64,000 nucleotides of DNA from Myxococcota bacterium (GTDB lineage: Bacteria > Myxococcota_A > UBA9160 > UBA6930). The translations under genes were made by a program, and so were the position numbers. The stretch covers positions 4,192,001-4,256,000 of the forward strand of contig OZ245015.1 in NCBI GenBank assembly GCA_965223705.1, read 5' to 3'. Shown in pieces: positions 39,824-50,829 of this stretch. The number at the start of each line of letters is the position of its first letter. Positions within the stretch are counted from its first letter, which is position 1. Under the pieces are notes generated by a model. That model was given only the letters and a program-made list of their open reading frames with translations, was not told the origin of the DNA and searched no databases.

Positions 39824-41605
39824 GTGAGCCTCGACCTCGCGACGGTCGGCAACTGCAGTTTCTCCGCCCTCGTAGATCAAACCGGCCGCATCGTGTGGTG
39901 CTGTCTCCCGCGCTTCGACGGAGATCCGGTTTTTTCGGCGCTCCTGGCCGGCGAAGAACAACCCGAACGCGGCTACTACGAGATTGCGCTCGACGACTTC
40001 GACCGCAGCGAGCAGACCTACCGGCGCAATTCCGCAGTCGTCGAAACGCGCCTGTACGACAAGCACGGCGGCGCGATCGAAATCGTCGACTTCGCGCCGC
40101 GTTTCCACAAATCGGGGCGCATGTACCGCCCTCTGATGTTGGTCCGACGCGTGACTCCGATTTCGGGAACCCCGCGCGTCCGGGTCCGGCTGCGACCTGC
40201 TCTTCAGTACGGCGCTCGATCCGCGCAGACGACCCACGGCAGCAACCACATCCGCTACCTCCTCGAGGACCTGACGATCCGGCTGACGACGGACGCGCCG
40301 ATCTCCTACGTCCTCGAGGAGGTCCCGTTCATTGTCGCGGAACCGTTTTCACTCATCCTCGGTCCCGACGAGTCGCTTTCCGCCTCGATCGACGCGACCG
40401 CCCGGGAGTTCGAAGAACGCACCGGCGACTACTGGGTCAACTGGACGCGGAGTCTGTCGATTCCCTTCGAGTGGCAGACCTCGGTGATCCGCGCAGCCAT
40501 CACACTGAAGTTGTGCGCGTTCGAAGAGAGCGGCGCGATTGTCGCTGCAATGACGACATCGATTCCCGAGTCCGCCGGCAGCGAGCGCAATTGGGACTAC
40601 CGCTACTGCTGGCTGCGCGACGCGTATTTCGTCGTGCACGCCTTGAATCGATTGGGCGCGACCAAGACGATGGAGGGTTTGCTGCGATACGTGAGCAACA
40701 TCGTGGCGGGATCGGAGACCGGACACCTCCAGCCGGTCTACGGCGTCACTCAAGAAGCGAAGCTCGTCGAGTCCACGGTGGATCACTTGCCCGGCTACCG
40801 AGGCATGGGACCCGTGCGGGTGGGTAATCAAGCCTATGAGCACATCCAGAACGACGTCTACGGAAGCGTGATCCTCGCCGCCGCACAGTCGTTCTTCGAC
40901 CAGCGTCTCACCCAACCCGGCGGCCCCGAATCCTTCGAGCGACTCGAGCAGATCGGCGAGAAAGCGGTGAAGCTGTTCGATCAGCCCGACGCCGGCCTCT
41001 GGGAGCTTCGGACCCGCGCTCGTGTGCACACCTTTTCCGCGATCATGTGCTGGGCGGCGTGTGATCGACTGGGGCGTATCGCGGGTCAGCTCGGACTCGC
41101 GGACGCCGAGCGGCGCTGGTCCTCCCACGCGGAGAACATCCACGCCGAGATCTGTCGACGGGCATGGAGCGAAGAGCGGAAGAGCTTCGTCGAAAGCTTC
41201 GAGGGCGACGATCTCGACGCGAGCTTGTTGCTGATCGAAATGCTCGGTTTCCTACCCGCCGACGATCCCCGATTCGCATCGACGGTCGAAGCGATCGAGG
41301 CGGACCTCCGTATCGGCGACTATCTCTTCCGCTACCGTGCGCCGGATGATTTCGGCGCGCCGGAAGTCGCGTTCAACATCTGCACGTTCTGGTATATCGA
41401 CGCGCTGACCGCCCTGGGACGCACCGATGAAGCTCGCTCCTTGTTCGAGAACATGCTCGACAAGCGCAATCACGTGGGCCTTCTCTCGGAAGATCTCGAA
41501 CCCGGATCGGGTCAGCTCTGGGGGAATTTTCCGCAGACCTACTCGATGGTCGGCCTGATCATCTGCGCGATGCGACTCAGCAAGAGTTGGGAAGAAGCGT
41601 TCTAG
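39824..41605 (+). CDS. Glycoside hydrolase family 15 (trehalase/glucoamylase-like)
   Basis: CLPRFD, GAIVAAMTTSIPE, RNWDYRYCWLRDA, GLWELR, GLLSED, GNFPQTYS; start approximate. Confidence 0.93.
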   Translation: MSLDLATVGNCSFSALVDQTGRIVWCCLPRFDGDPVFSALLAGEEQPERGYYEIALDDFDRSEQTYRRNSAVVETRLYDKHGGAIEIVDFAPRFHKSGRMYRPLMLVRRVTPISGTPRVRVRLRPALQYGARSAQTTHGSNHIRYLLEDLTIRLTTDAPISYVLEEVPFIVAEPFSLILGPDESLSASIDATAREFEERTGDYWVNWTRSLSIPFEWQTSVIRAAITLKLCAFEESGAIVAAMTTSIPESAGSERNWDYRYCWLRDAYFVVHALNRLGATKTMEGLLRYVSNIVAGSETGHLQPVYGVTQEAKLVESTVDHLPGYRGMGPVRVGNQAYEHIQNDVYGSVILAAAQSFFDQRLTQPGGPESFERLEQIGEKAVKLFDQPDAGLWELRTRARVHTFSAIMCWAACDRLGRIAGQLGLADAERRWSSHAENIHAEICRRAWSEERKSFVESFEGDDLDASLLLIEMLGFLPADDPRFASTVEAIEADLRIGDYLFRYRAPDDFGAPEVAFNICTFWYIDALTALGRTDEARSLFENMLDKRNHVGLLSEDLEPGSGQLWGNFPQTYSMVGLIICAMRLSKSWEEAF

Positions 41606-42804
41606 CTGCCCAGGCGTCGGTGTGTATCCGACACGAGCGTTTCCAGAGAGAGGCCGAAGGGGCAAGCGCCTGTACATGTGCGTTCGGCGCATGACAAACA
41701 CGGCGAAGCATCTGGCGTAAGACCTCGGTATTCGCTGCGAGCGAAAGCCTCGTCTTCGTAATCGAGGGCATACATCCGGGTGCGCAGAACTTCGGCGATG
41801 GGCACGCCCGCCGCACAGGCGTCGCTGCACGCGTCGCAACCGTAGCGGCATTGGCGGTCACTCTGGGCTGTGACGTAGCGGCGCAGCAGCTCTTGCTCGG
41901 CGAGCCCGGGCGGTGTCCCGCCCGATGCGCCGACGTATTCGTCGACCTGCGCGGGCGTCTTCATCGTCACCACCAGGCTGTCGACGAGCCCTCCGGCGAG
42001 CACCCAGCGAAACGCGGCTTGCGCGTACGTCGCGCCACCGGCTTCAAACGGCCGCATGTCGTTCAATTTCGCGCCCATGAGCGTCTTCATGGCGACGATG
42101 CCGACCCCACCTTGGCGCGCCTTGGCCAGCACTCGCGGGAGATCGGGTTGGCGGGCGATCCAATCGAGGCTCTTCGTGAAACGCTCGTAGAAAGACGGGT
42201 CCTGGCCGAAGTTGTACGCGACGAGGATGACGTCGACGAGGCTCTCATCCAGCGCGTAGTCGAGGCACGGTATGAGATTGCCGCCGTGCCCACTCATTCC
42301 GGTAAAGCGAATCTTCCCCTGCGCCTTCGCTTTCGCGACGAACTCGCCCCAGGCTCCGTTCTTCAAGCGGGCGACATCGTTTACCGCGTGATTGAAGTAC
42401 ACGTCGATACGGTCGGTGCGCAGACGCCGCAAGCTCGCTTCGAGACTTCGCATGAGCGAAGCTTCGCGGGTACTCGCTCCACAGTGCACCTTCGAAGCCA
42501 GAACGATCTTCTCGCGGTGTCCCGCAAGCGCCTTGCCCAACGTGGTTTCGGAATTGCCCGAGGTGTAACTCTCGGCCGTATCGAAGTAGTTGATGCCTCG
42601 ATCGAGAGCGCGGAGCACAACGGATTCATCTCCGCGGAGACGACTCGCGCCGAATCCGATATCCGCGACTTCCAGGCCGGTGCGGCCGAGCGGGACGTAG
42701 CGCTTCACGGTCGGTGAGCCCTCGGCGCCGACCCCAGAGGGAATCGCCAGACCGAGACCCGTTGCCGTCGTGCTTCTCAAGAACGTTCTTCGGTTGAGAA
42801 TCAT
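41602..42804 (-). CDS. Aldo/keto reductase with Tat-like leader and C-terminal Fe-S cluster motifs
   Basis: NRRTFLR, LGRTGL, YFDTAESY, SLRRLRTD, CRYGCDACSDAC, CLSCAERTCTGAC. Confidence 0.88.
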   Translation of the reverse strand: MILNRRTFLRSTTATGLGLAIPSGVGAEGSPTVKRYVPLGRTGLEVADIGFGASRLRGDESVVLRALDRGINYFDTAESYTSGNSETTLGKALAGHREKIVLASKVHCGASTREASLMRSLEASLRRLRTDRIDVYFNHAVNDVARLKNGAWGEFVAKAKAQGKIRFTGMSGHGGNLIPCLDYALDESLVDVILVAYNFGQDPSFYERFTKSLDWIARQPDLPRVLAKARQGGVGIVAMKTLMGAKLNDMRPFEAGGATYAQAAFRWVLAGGLVDSLVVTMKTPAQVDEYVGASGGTPPGLAEQELLRRYVTAQSDRQCRYGCDACSDACAAGVPIAEVLRTRMYALDYEDEAFARSEYRGLTPDASPCLSCAERTCTGACPFGLSLETLVSDTHRRLGS

Positions 42805-42855
42805 CGCCGCGTGAAGTGTAGCGCCCCGCGCGTCGACCAGGGGTATCATGCCGCG

Positions 42856-43617
42856 ATGAGCATTCGAATGCGCGCCATGACTTGCGGACACCTGAGCTGT
42901 AACGCCGGCCCGTTTATGGAGGGGTTGACCGGCCGAATCACCCTGCCCATTCCGAGCTACCTCATCGAACACCCGAAGGGCACCCTGCTCTTCGATACCG
43001 GCTTGCACCCGACGCTTCGAGAGGATCCGGTCGAACGCCTGGGCGGTATGTCGAAGATTTTTGAGATCGACTACGGAGCTGGCGAAGACGTGTCGGCTCG
43101 TCTTCAATCGATCGACGTCGACCCGGCCAGCATCGATATCGTCGTCAACTCCCATCTGCATTTCGATCATGCGGGCGGCAATGAACTGATTCCGAACGCG
43201 CGGCTCATCATCCAGCAACCCGAATGGGAGGCCGGTGCGGAACCCGACGCACAGAAGAAGAACGGCTTCAATCCCGCCGATTACGATTTGGGCCACGAGG
43301 TCGTGCTCGCCACCGGCGAGCACGATGTGTTTGGCGACGGCAGTGTGGTCTGCGTGCCGACTTATGGTCACACGCCCGGTCATCAATCGCTCCGCGTGCG
43401 ACTCGACGGCGGCGAAATCGTTTTGACCGGTGACGCGTGCTACTTCCGCGAGACGCTCGAATCGATGCGCCTACCGAGCTTCGCGCATGACTTCGACGAA
43501 ATGCGCCGCTCCCTGCAGACGCTTCGGAAGCTGCGGGATCGCGGGGCGAGAATTTTCTTCGGGCACGACCCGGAGTTCTGGAAAGACGTGCCGCAAGCGC
43601 CTCTGGAGATCGCTTAG
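42856..43617 (+). CDS. N-acyl homoserine lactonase-like metallo-beta-lactamase
   Basis: SHLHFDHAG, GHTPGHQS, TGDACY, FGHD. Confidence 0.88.
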   Translation: MSIRMRAMTCGHLSCNAGPFMEGLTGRITLPIPSYLIEHPKGTLLFDTGLHPTLREDPVERLGGMSKIFEIDYGAGEDVSARLQSIDVDPASIDIVVNSHLHFDHAGGNELIPNARLIIQQPEWEAGAEPDAQKKNGFNPADYDLGHEVVLATGEHDVFGDGSVVCVPTYGHTPGHQSLRVRLDGGEIVLTGDACYFRETLESMRLPSFAHDFDEMRRSLQTLRKLRDRGARIFFGHDPEFWKDVPQAPLEIA

Positions 43618-43619
43618 AG

Positions 43620-44468
43620 ATGAAGTACGGAATTTCCCTGTTTCCGACCGATTATTCGGCGACCCCGGTGGAGATCGCTCAAGCGACGGAAGAGCGCGGC
43701 TTCGAGTCGCTGTGGCTGCCCGAACACTCCCACATTCCGGTTCATCGCACTTCCGAGTGGCCGGGCGGCGACACGATCCCGAAGATGTACTACGACGCGC
43801 TCGACCCGTTCGTCGGCCTCGCCGCCGCGGCGGCCGTGACGGATCGCCTTCTCCTCGCGACAGGCATCTGCCTCGTGGTGCAGCGGGACCCGATCCAAAC
43901 GGCGAAAGACGTCGCCAGCCTCGACGTCGTGTCGAAGGGGCGCTTCTTGTTCGGCATCGGCGGCGGCTGGAACGCCGAAGAGATCGAGAATCACGGGACG
44001 CCGTTTCAAGGCCGCTTCAAGGTGATGCGCGAGCGCATCGAAGCCATGAAAGAAATCTGGACGAAAGACAAAGCGGAGTACCACGGCGATAGCGTCAACT
44101 TCGACCCGATCTACGCGTGGCCGAAGCCGGTGCAGAAACCGCACCCCCCGATCCACGTCGGCGGAGCGTTTCCCGGCGCCGCGCGCCGAGCGATTCGCTA
44201 CGGCGACGGGTGGTTTCCGATCCTCGGGCGCGATCCGGAACCGATCGAAGTCATCATTCCGAAGTTTCGAGCCATGGCGGAAGAGGCCGGGCGCGATCCC
44301 AAAGCGCTTGAAGTCTCCCTCTTCGCGCCGCCCACCGATGAAAAGGGGCTCGCAGCCCTTCGCGACGTCGGTCTCGATCGCGTCGTCTACCTCTTGCCGC
44401 CCGAACCGATCGAAAAACTCGTGCCGATCCTCGATGAACGCCGCGCCCTGATGGAAGCCGTCGGCTAG
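43620..44468 (+). CDS. LLM-class oxidoreductase, probably F420-dependent (Rv2161c-like)
   Basis: ESLWLPEHSHIP, DPIQTAKDVASLD, GIGGGWNAEE, PKPVQKPHPPI. Confidence 0.88.
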   Translation: MKYGISLFPTDYSATPVEIAQATEERGFESLWLPEHSHIPVHRTSEWPGGDTIPKMYYDALDPFVGLAAAAAVTDRLLLATGICLVVQRDPIQTAKDVASLDVVSKGRFLFGIGGGWNAEEIENHGTPFQGRFKVMRERIEAMKEIWTKDKAEYHGDSVNFDPIYAWPKPVQKPHPPIHVGGAFPGAARRAIRYGDGWFPILGRDPEPIEVIIPKFRAMAEEAGRDPKALEVSLFAPPTDEKGLAALRDVGLDRVVYLLPPEPIEKLVPILDERRALMEAVG

Positions 44469-45700
44469 GCGAGCGATTCGGCGACCGCTCGGGCGGCGAG
44501 ACGCCCGGAGCGGAGCGCGCCCGACAGGGACGCCATTTCGAGGTGATCACCGGCGACGAAGATCCCATCGGCTCGCCGCACGGAGCGCGAGATCGGCTCG
44601 AGCGCGGGCGGCACCTGCCTCGGTAGCGCGCCGGTGATGCGGTCGACGCGCAGGAGCCGCCACCCGTCCGTCGCCGATCCGTGGGGCGCGGACAGTTCAC
44701 GCCGAACCGCAACGTCGAGCTCTGCATCGGGCAAGTCCGAAGGCTCGCGCAGCGTGACAGAAATCAGCGACCGACCGGAAGGCGCGTATCCCGGCGCGAT
44801 CTGCTCCGCGGGGAACCAAAGGTTCACGAGGCCGCCACGGTCTCCGTTCACGGTCAGCCAAGGTGCTCGGTAAGGTGGCTCACTGGCGGCGTAGTAGAGG
44901 CACACCGTCCCATTCATCGACGGCTCGGAGTCTCCGAGCAGCGCAGCAGACGCTCGGGGGCCAGCGGCCACGACCGTGGCGTCCGCATCGAGAGAGGAGC
45001 CGTCGGCGAGCGCGACGCTTTTCGGGGAGACGCTCGCCACCCGCACTCCGAGTCGTATCGAGCGGAGATCGGCAGCGAGCTGCGCCGGGACGCTCGCCAT
45101 TCCGCGATTGGGGAGCGACGCGTCTCCGATCGCGAACGAGCGAAAGACGAACTCGAAAAATCGCGAGGACGTCGCGAGTGAGCTCTCGAGAAAGACACCC
45201 GAGAAAAACGGCTGGAGGAACGCCTCGACAAACCCGGTAGAGAAACCGACCTCGTCGAGGAGCGTCCGGGTCGACTGCTCCGGCCGCTTGAGCAGTTCGT
45301 CGAGCGGCGAACGCAGCAATCGACGGCGCAGAGACCACAACCGGCGAATGTCCGAGAGTGACGCGAATGGTGCCGCCAGCGTCGCGAACACGTCGCCGGG
45401 TCGACGCGAAGGGTCGCCCAGGTGGTGAAAGCGACCGTCTCGCCAGATCTTTACGCCGGGCCGAAAAGGTCTTAAGTCGAGCGCGCCGAGATCGAGCGCG
45501 GCTCGCGACTCGGGGTAGCCCGTGAGCAGAACCTGAAAACCCCGGTCCAGCAAGAAGCCTTCGACGTTGTCCGTCCGAACACGCCCGCCGACACGTGAAT
45601 CCGACTCCAGGACCGTGACCTGAATTCCTCTGCGCTCGAGGTTCCGCGCACAGGCCAAGCCGGCGATACCGGCCCCGACGACAATGACGTGGTGACTCAC
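44465..45700 (-). CDS. FAD-dependent oxidoreductase (amine oxidase/phytoene desaturase-like)
   Basis: VGAGIAGL, VGGRVRTD, LDRGFQVLL, VAGDH, GALRSG. Confidence 0.88.
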   Translation of the reverse strand: MSHHVIVVGAGIAGLACARNLERRGIQVTVLESDSRVGGRVRTDNVEGFLLDRGFQVLLTGYPESRAALDLGALDLRPFRPGVKIWRDGRFHHLGDPSRRPGDVFATLAAPFASLSDIRRLWSLRRRLLRSPLDELLKRPEQSTRTLLDEVGFSTGFVEAFLQPFFSGVFLESSLATSSRFFEFVFRSFAIGDASLPNRGMASVPAQLAADLRSIRLGVRVASVSPKSVALADGSSLDADATVVAAGPRASAALLGDSEPSMNGTVCLYYAASEPPYRAPWLTVNGDRGGLVNLWFPAEQIAPGYAPSGRSLISVTLREPSDLPDAELDVAVRRELSAPHGSATDGWRLLRVDRITGALPRQVPPALEPISRSVRRADGIFVAGDHLEMASLSGALRSGRLAARAVAESLA

Positions 45701-45738
45701 GACTGCTCCGAATCTAGCGACCGGGGTACCCTCTCGTC

Positions 45739-46923
45739 ATGCGATTTGCGTCCGCCGTGTCATCTCGGGTCGAGGCCGAGCGCGCCGTCGAAGAAGTCGC
45801 ACGGAAGGCCCGAGACCAGCTCGGCTCCGCCGTGTGTCAGCTCGTCGTGGCCTTTGTGACGCAACCGCTTTCGGACCGTGCGGGCGCGGTGATTGAATCA
45901 CTCCGCGCCGCGTTTCCCGACGCGACTCTCCTCGCCTCGAGCGCCCATAGCGCCATCGGTGCAGGTCGAGAGCTCGAGGGGGAGTCCGCTCTGGCGATTG
46001 TCGCGGGCGCACTTCCCGACTGCGATCTCAGACCCTTCGCTCTTCCTTCGGACCGGCCGGACCGTACCGACAACCTCGCTCGGGGTTTCGAGGAAGCGGG
46101 TATCGACCCCTCTTCGGCTCGAGGTTTCCTCCTGCTCATTCATCCGAACTCAGCGGGCGTCGAAAGCCTGCTCGGAGAGTTCGCTGAAGTCTCGTGCGAC
46201 GCACCCGTCGCGGGTGGCATAGCCAGCGGAGAAGGCGGCCTCGAATCGATGTGGGTCTCGGTGGACGACGAAGTGCGACGCGGAGGGTGCGTCGGAGTCG
46301 CGGTCGGTGGTCCGGTGGGCATGGATCTATTGGTCGCCCAGGGTTGCCGACCCGTCGGTACGCCGAGCTTCGCGACGCGCACGGAGGGCAACGCGATCCT
46401 CGAACTCGACGGACGACCTCCCCTCGAGGTCCTTCAGGAAGTCTTCGACGCCGCAGACCCGCGCGAGCGGCGACTCCTCCAAAGCGCCTTGTTCATCGGC
46501 CTCGGGATGGCGGAAGGCGAGAGCCGGTACGGCCGGGGCGATTTTCTTGTGCGCAACTTAATGGGCGTGCACGAGGAAAGCGGGGCGCTCGTCCTTCCGT
46601 CGGTACCGCCTCCGCGAAGCGTGGTGCAGTTTCACGTTCGCGACGCGGAATCCGCCGCCGCCGATCTCGAACAACAGGCCGAAGCGCTTCGCGCGCGCGC
46701 GCCCGACGCCCGCGGGGCGCTGTTGTTCTCGTGCCTGGGTCGAGGTCGGGGTCTGTACGGCGTCGCGAACCACGACACCGATCTCTTGGCCCGATTCTTC
46801 CCCTCGGTTCCCGCCGCGGGCTTCTTTTGCAACGGCGAAATCGGACCGGTGGGCGGACGCACGTACCTCCACAACTATACGAGCGTCTACACCGTGTTCC
46901 GCCCAGCCGAACCGCTCGCCTAG
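45739..46923 (+). CDS. Stand-alone FIST N/C domain protein
   Basis: [49 protein letters not shown]. Confidence 0.9.
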   Translation: MRFASAVSSRVEAERAVEEVARKARDQLGSAVCQLVVAFVTQPLSDRAGAVIESLRAAFPDATLLASSAHSAIGAGRELEGESALAIVAGALPDCDLRPFALPSDRPDRTDNLARGFEEAGIDPSSARGFLLLIHPNSAGVESLLGEFAEVSCDAPVAGGIASGEGGLESMWVSVDDEVRRGGCVGVAVGGPVGMDLLVAQGCRPVGTPSFATRTEGNAILELDGRPPLEVLQEVFDAADPRERRLLQSALFIGLGMAEGESRYGRGDFLVRNLMGVHEESGALVLPSVPPPRSVVQFHVRDAESAAADLEQQAEALRARAPDARGALLFSCLGRGRGLYGVANHDTDLLARFFPSVPAAGFFCNGEIGPVGGRTYLHNYTSVYTVFRPAEPLA

Positions 46924-48143
46924 GCGCGCTCCTTGTCGCGATGCTTGCGCAGCTCGAGGCGAGCCACGGCGCGGCGGTGAACTTCGTCGGGACCGTCGGC
47001 GAGCCGAAGTGTCCGGATGCTCGCGTACATCCGCGCGAGGCCGAAGTCGGTGGTCACGCCGCCGCCGCCGTGCGCTTGGATCGCGTCGTCGATCACTTGA
47101 AGCGCCATGATCGGCGCCTTCACCTTGATCATGGCGATCTCGGCTTTCGCGACTTTGTTGCCCACGGTGTCCATCATGTACGCGGCCTTGAGCGTCAACA
47201 GGCGCGAGCACTCGATCTCGATGCGCGCGTCTGCGATGCGCTCTTCCCAGAGTGAGTGCTCGGCGATCTTCTTGCCGAACGCTTCCCGCGACATGAGTCG
47301 TTCGCACATCTTCTCGAGGGCGCGCTCTGCGACACCGATGGTGCGCATGCAGTGGTGGATGCGGCCCGGACCCAGACGCCCCTGCGCGATCTCGAAGCCC
47401 CGCCCCTCGCCGAGCAACATGTTGTCCGCCGGAACCCGCGCGTTTTCAAAACGCAGCTCTGCGTGGCCGTGGGGCGCGTCGTCGTAGCCGAATACAGGGA
47501 GGTGGCGAACGATATGAACGCCGGGCGTATCCATTGGAACGATGATCTGACTCTGTTGGTGGTGACGATCCGCATCGGGATTGCTGCGACCCATCACGAT
47601 CATCACTTTGCATCGCGGATCGAAGACGCCCGAGCTCCACCACTTGCGACCGTTGATCACATACTCGTCACCGTCGCGCCGGATCTCGGTCCGGATATTC
47701 GTCGCGTCCGACGACGCGACATCCGGTTCGGTCATGATGTAGGCGGACCGGATGTCGCCGTCGAGGAGCGGCTGCAACCAGAGGTCTTTGTTTCTCTCGG
47801 ACGCGTAGCGCTCGAACACTTCCATGTTGCCCGTGTCCGGCGCGGAGCAGTTGAATACCTCGGAAGCCCACGAGACGCGGCCCATTTCCTCGGACAGGGG
47901 CGCGTATTCGAGGTTGGTCAGGCCGGCCCCACGCTCGCTTTCAGGAAGAAACAGGTTCCACAGCCCGGCTTCCTTGGCCTTCGCTTTGAGCTCGTCGAGC
48001 ACCGCCGGCACCTGCCAGCGATCGGTCCCGAACGCCGCCATCTGCTCGTCCCACACCGACTCGTTCGGGTAGACGTGCTTGTCCATGAAGTCGCGGACTT
48101 GGCCGATCAGGTATTTCGTCTTTTCGCTGTATTCGAAAATCAT
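46920..48143 (-). CDS. Acyl-CoA dehydrogenase (ACAD10/11 C-terminal type)
   Basis: [57 protein letters not shown]. Confidence 0.95.
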   Translation of the reverse strand: MIFEYSEKTKYLIGQVRDFMDKHVYPNESVWDEQMAAFGTDRWQVPAVLDELKAKAKEAGLWNLFLPESERGAGLTNLEYAPLSEEMGRVSWASEVFNCSAPDTGNMEVFERYASERNKDLWLQPLLDGDIRSAYIMTEPDVASSDATNIRTEIRRDGDEYVINGRKWWSSGVFDPRCKVMIVMGRSNPDADRHHQQSQIIVPMDTPGVHIVRHLPVFGYDDAPHGHAELRFENARVPADNMLLGEGRGFEIAQGRLGPGRIHHCMRTIGVAERALEKMCERLMSREAFGKKIAEHSLWEERIADARIEIECSRLLTLKAAYMMDTVGNKVAKAEIAMIKVKAPIMALQVIDDAIQAHGGGGVTTDFGLARMYASIRTLRLADGPDEVHRRAVARLELRKHRDKERA

Positions 48144-49723
48144 GTCGCAGGATCCTTGTTCTGTGGGACGGCCGAGTCTACCAAAGCTGCGGGAGAGACC
48201 GTCGGGAGGCGCCGCGCGCCGACGTAGGGCTCGGGCTTGGCGATCTTGATCAGCTGACCTTCGCTCAGCTCGACCTCGCTGAAAACGTTGTTCATGACCG
48301 CGGTTTTCTGAATCGGCCAGACGTTCCCCGTGCGCTCGGACAGCTCGAACAAGCTCTCGCCCTCGATGGCTCGCACCAAGCGAAGGCGGTTTCCCGAAAT
48401 GCGAAGCCTGTCGGAGGCCGTCAGCGGACGGAAGCTGCGGGCGGCCGCACGGAAGCTGCCCTGATACTTGAGAAACGCCGTAGACGGCGTCGATCCGATC
48501 ATCCGGAACACCTTGCCCTGGTGGGCGACGAACGTGATCTCCGCGTGGAGCGACTGCCCCTTGGCGGCCGCGGCCTTGCCTTCGAGCCGGAAGGCCGCCA
48601 GGTGACCGAGCTTGATCGGCTTGCCCTCGATTGCGTGGAAGCCCAACCGCAAGCCATCGCCCAGGACGTAGTCGTTCGCGGCGACTTCGGGATCGTCCCC
48701 TTCGCTGTCGAATTCGAGGACGAAGCTCGAGCGGCCGTCGGGCGCCTGGGCCCCGACGAACTGCTGGGTGTTCTTGAGCTCCCAACCCTTCGGGAAGTGA
48801 ATCGAGAAGTCGAGATCCGCGTGGAGGAAGAGCTCGTCGCGGAACACCCCGCCGGCCGGGTTCTCTCCCACGATCAATCCGTCGAGCCGCTCGAGGTAGG
48901 CGGAACTGTCGTCGCTCGAGCCCGCGCGCCGCTCCCAGCGCAGGGTTTGCGCGTAACTCGCCGCAGCGGCCGATCGGCTCGGCGTCGTGGGGTGCGTGTC
49001 GAAGAATGAAGGAAGTCGGCTGCGACCGAGGACCAGCCTCTCGGAGCTACTCAGACTCTTGAGAAAAGTGACCATGGCCGCGGGGTCGTAGCCCGCAAGG
49101 CTCGTAATTTTCTGCCCCATCCGGTCGGCGGCGCGCTCCTGATCGCGGCTGTACGCCGCGATGTACGCCGGGTTCGTGTACTTGATGGAGTTCGCCACAC
49201 GCTTGCCAGCCTTCTCACCGAGGACCGCTCCCACCACGGCACCCGGCAGACCCAACAAATTCCCGCGCTGCGCGATGACCTGGCGGCCCGCGGCGTGGCG
49301 CGCCGAGACGTGCGTGATCTCGTGCCCGATGACATTCGCGAGCTCGTCTTCCGAGCCCGAGAGCGCCAGCAGGCCGCGGGAGACGTAGATGAAACCACCC
49401 GGGAGCGCGAACGCGTTCGGGATGTCCTGATCGACGATGCGAAACTGATACTCGAAGCTGCTGTGGGGCGCGTGGACGGAAATTCGGCGACCGAGGCTCT
49501 CGACGTAGGCGACGAGCTCCGGATCGTCGACGAGGCCCATCTCCGCCTCGACCCGTTTTGCGCCCTCCTCCCCGACTTTCCGATCCGCGTGTTCGCTCGA
49601 CAGGATGAGGTCGGGCGGTCGCTCGGACTCTGGCTCGGGCGGCGGTTTTGGGCGCGCGCAGCTCGTCGCCACAAGGAGGGCCAGAAAGATCCCTCCCAGT
49701 GCTCGATATCGTCTGCCAGCCAT
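48140..49723 (-). CDS. M48 zinc metalloprotease, probable lipoprotein with C-terminal LysM-like tail
   Basis: Lipobox-like [33 protein letters not shown]. Confidence 0.88.
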   Translation of the reverse strand: MAGRRYRALGGIFLALLVATSCARPKPPPEPESERPPDLILSSEHADRKVGEEGAKRVEAEMGLVDDPELVAYVESLGRRISVHAPHSSFEYQFRIVDQDIPNAFALPGGFIYVSRGLLALSGSEDELANVIGHEITHVSARHAAGRQVIAQRGNLLGLPGAVVGAVLGEKAGKRVANSIKYTNPAYIAAYSRDQERAADRMGQKITSLAGYDPAAMVTFLKSLSSSERLVLGRSRLPSFFDTHPTTPSRSAAAASYAQTLRWERRAGSSDDSSAYLERLDGLIVGENPAGGVFRDELFLHADLDFSIHFPKGWELKNTQQFVGAQAPDGRSSFVLEFDSEGDDPEVAANDYVLGDGLRLGFHAIEGKPIKLGHLAAFRLEGKAAAAKGQSLHAEITFVAHQGKVFRMIGSTPSTAFLKYQGSFRAAARSFRPLTASDRLRISGNRLRLVRAIEGESLFELSERTGNVWPIQKTAVMNNVFSEVELSEGQLIKIAKPEPYVGARRLPTVSPAALVDSAVPQNKDPAT

Positions 49724-49790
49724 TCGCAGCTCTCCCGAAACGGTATCATCGCCCAAGTCGCCGTCCGTCGCCGGGCGGTTCGGGGGGATC

Positions 49791-50828
49791 GTGGACGACG
49801 GCCACCGCGGGAGACGCGTCGAGGCGGTTTGCCTCATCATCATCGCGACCGTGCTCGGCGGTGCGGCGATCCGCTGGCTCGAACCTGTGATGATTCCCTT
49901 CGTGTTGGCGCTCTTCGTGGCGCTGGGTCTGAGCTCGCTCATCGCGTGGTTCCAGACCCGTTTGCGACTGCCTCGGATCCTCGCGATCGGCGCGACGTTC
50001 CTCGTCGCGGGCCTCTCGTTCGCCCTGGTGGCGTCGGTGGTTTCGGCCTCGATCGCGCAGCTCTCGGAAAACGCGGGCGTCTACCAAGCCCAAGCCACGC
50101 GGCTCCTCGAGCGCCTGGTGGCGTGGATCCCCGATTGGGCTCAGGCGTACCTGCCCGACGGCGGCGACGCGTTGGCCGAGCTTCCGATGGCCGGGGTGGG
50201 CAAGATGCTGCTCGGCACCACCGACACGGTGGTCAACCTCCTCTCGAAGTCGCTCCTGGTGCTCATCTTCGTGATCTTCTTGCTGGTCGGTCAGAGCACG
50301 AGCGCCGCCGCTTCGGGTGTCTGGGCCGAGATCGAAACGCGCGTGCAGCGCTACATCGTGATCAAAGCCGTGGTCTCGGCGCTCACGGGGCTACTCGTCG
50401 GCATCGTTCTTCGGACCCTCGACGTTCCCCTCGCAATGGCTTTCGGGCTCATGGCGTTCTTGCTGAACTTCATCCCGAGCGTGGGATCGCTGATCGCAAC
50501 CCTGCTGCCGATTCCGGTCGTGATGGTTTCGCCCGAAGTGACCCCGACCGCGGCGGTTCTCGCCTTGGCACTGCCCGCCGGCATTCAGCTCGCCGTTGGA
50601 AACTTCCTCGAGCCGAAATGGATGGGCGCGAGTCTCGACCTGCACCCCGTGGCCTTGCTGATGGCGCTCATCCTGTGGGGCATGTTGTGGGGCATCGCGG
50701 GGATGCTACTCGCCACCCCGATCACCGCGGTGATGAAGATTCTATTCGAGCGGCTCGATTCCACGCGCCCCCTCGCCGACCTGCTCGCAGGCCGGCTCGC
50801 GCGCTTGCGTTCTCCAGGAGTCGCCTGA
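49791..50828 (+). CDS. AI-2E family transporter
   Basis: FLLNFIPSVG, GNFLEPKWMG..LDLHP, WGMLWGIAGMLLATP. Confidence 0.92.
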   Translation: MDDGHRGRRVEAVCLIIIATVLGGAAIRWLEPVMIPFVLALFVALGLSSLIAWFQTRLRLPRILAIGATFLVAGLSFALVASVVSASIAQLSENAGVYQAQATRLLERLVAWIPDWAQAYLPDGGDALAELPMAGVGKMLLGTTDTVVNLLSKSLLVLIFVIFLLVGQSTSAAASGVWAEIETRVQRYIVIKAVVSALTGLLVGIVLRTLDVPLAMAFGLMAFLLNFIPSVGSLIATLLPIPVVMVSPEVTPTAAVLALALPAGIQLAVGNFLEPKWMGASLDLHPVALLMALILWGMLWGIAGMLLATPITAVMKILFERLDSTRPLADLLAGRLARLRSPGVA

Positions 50829-50829
50829 G

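Noticed and set aside
37672..48143. Split ACAD10-like pathway (HAD plus acyl-CoA dehydrogenase)
   Set aside because: The genes are about 9 kb apart, on opposite strands, and the kinase component is absent from the window.
42856..50828. Quorum-quenching island (AHL lactonase plus AI-2E transporter)
   Set aside because: Both families are broad in substrate, the genes are 6 kb apart, and no luxI/luxR/lsr genes are present.
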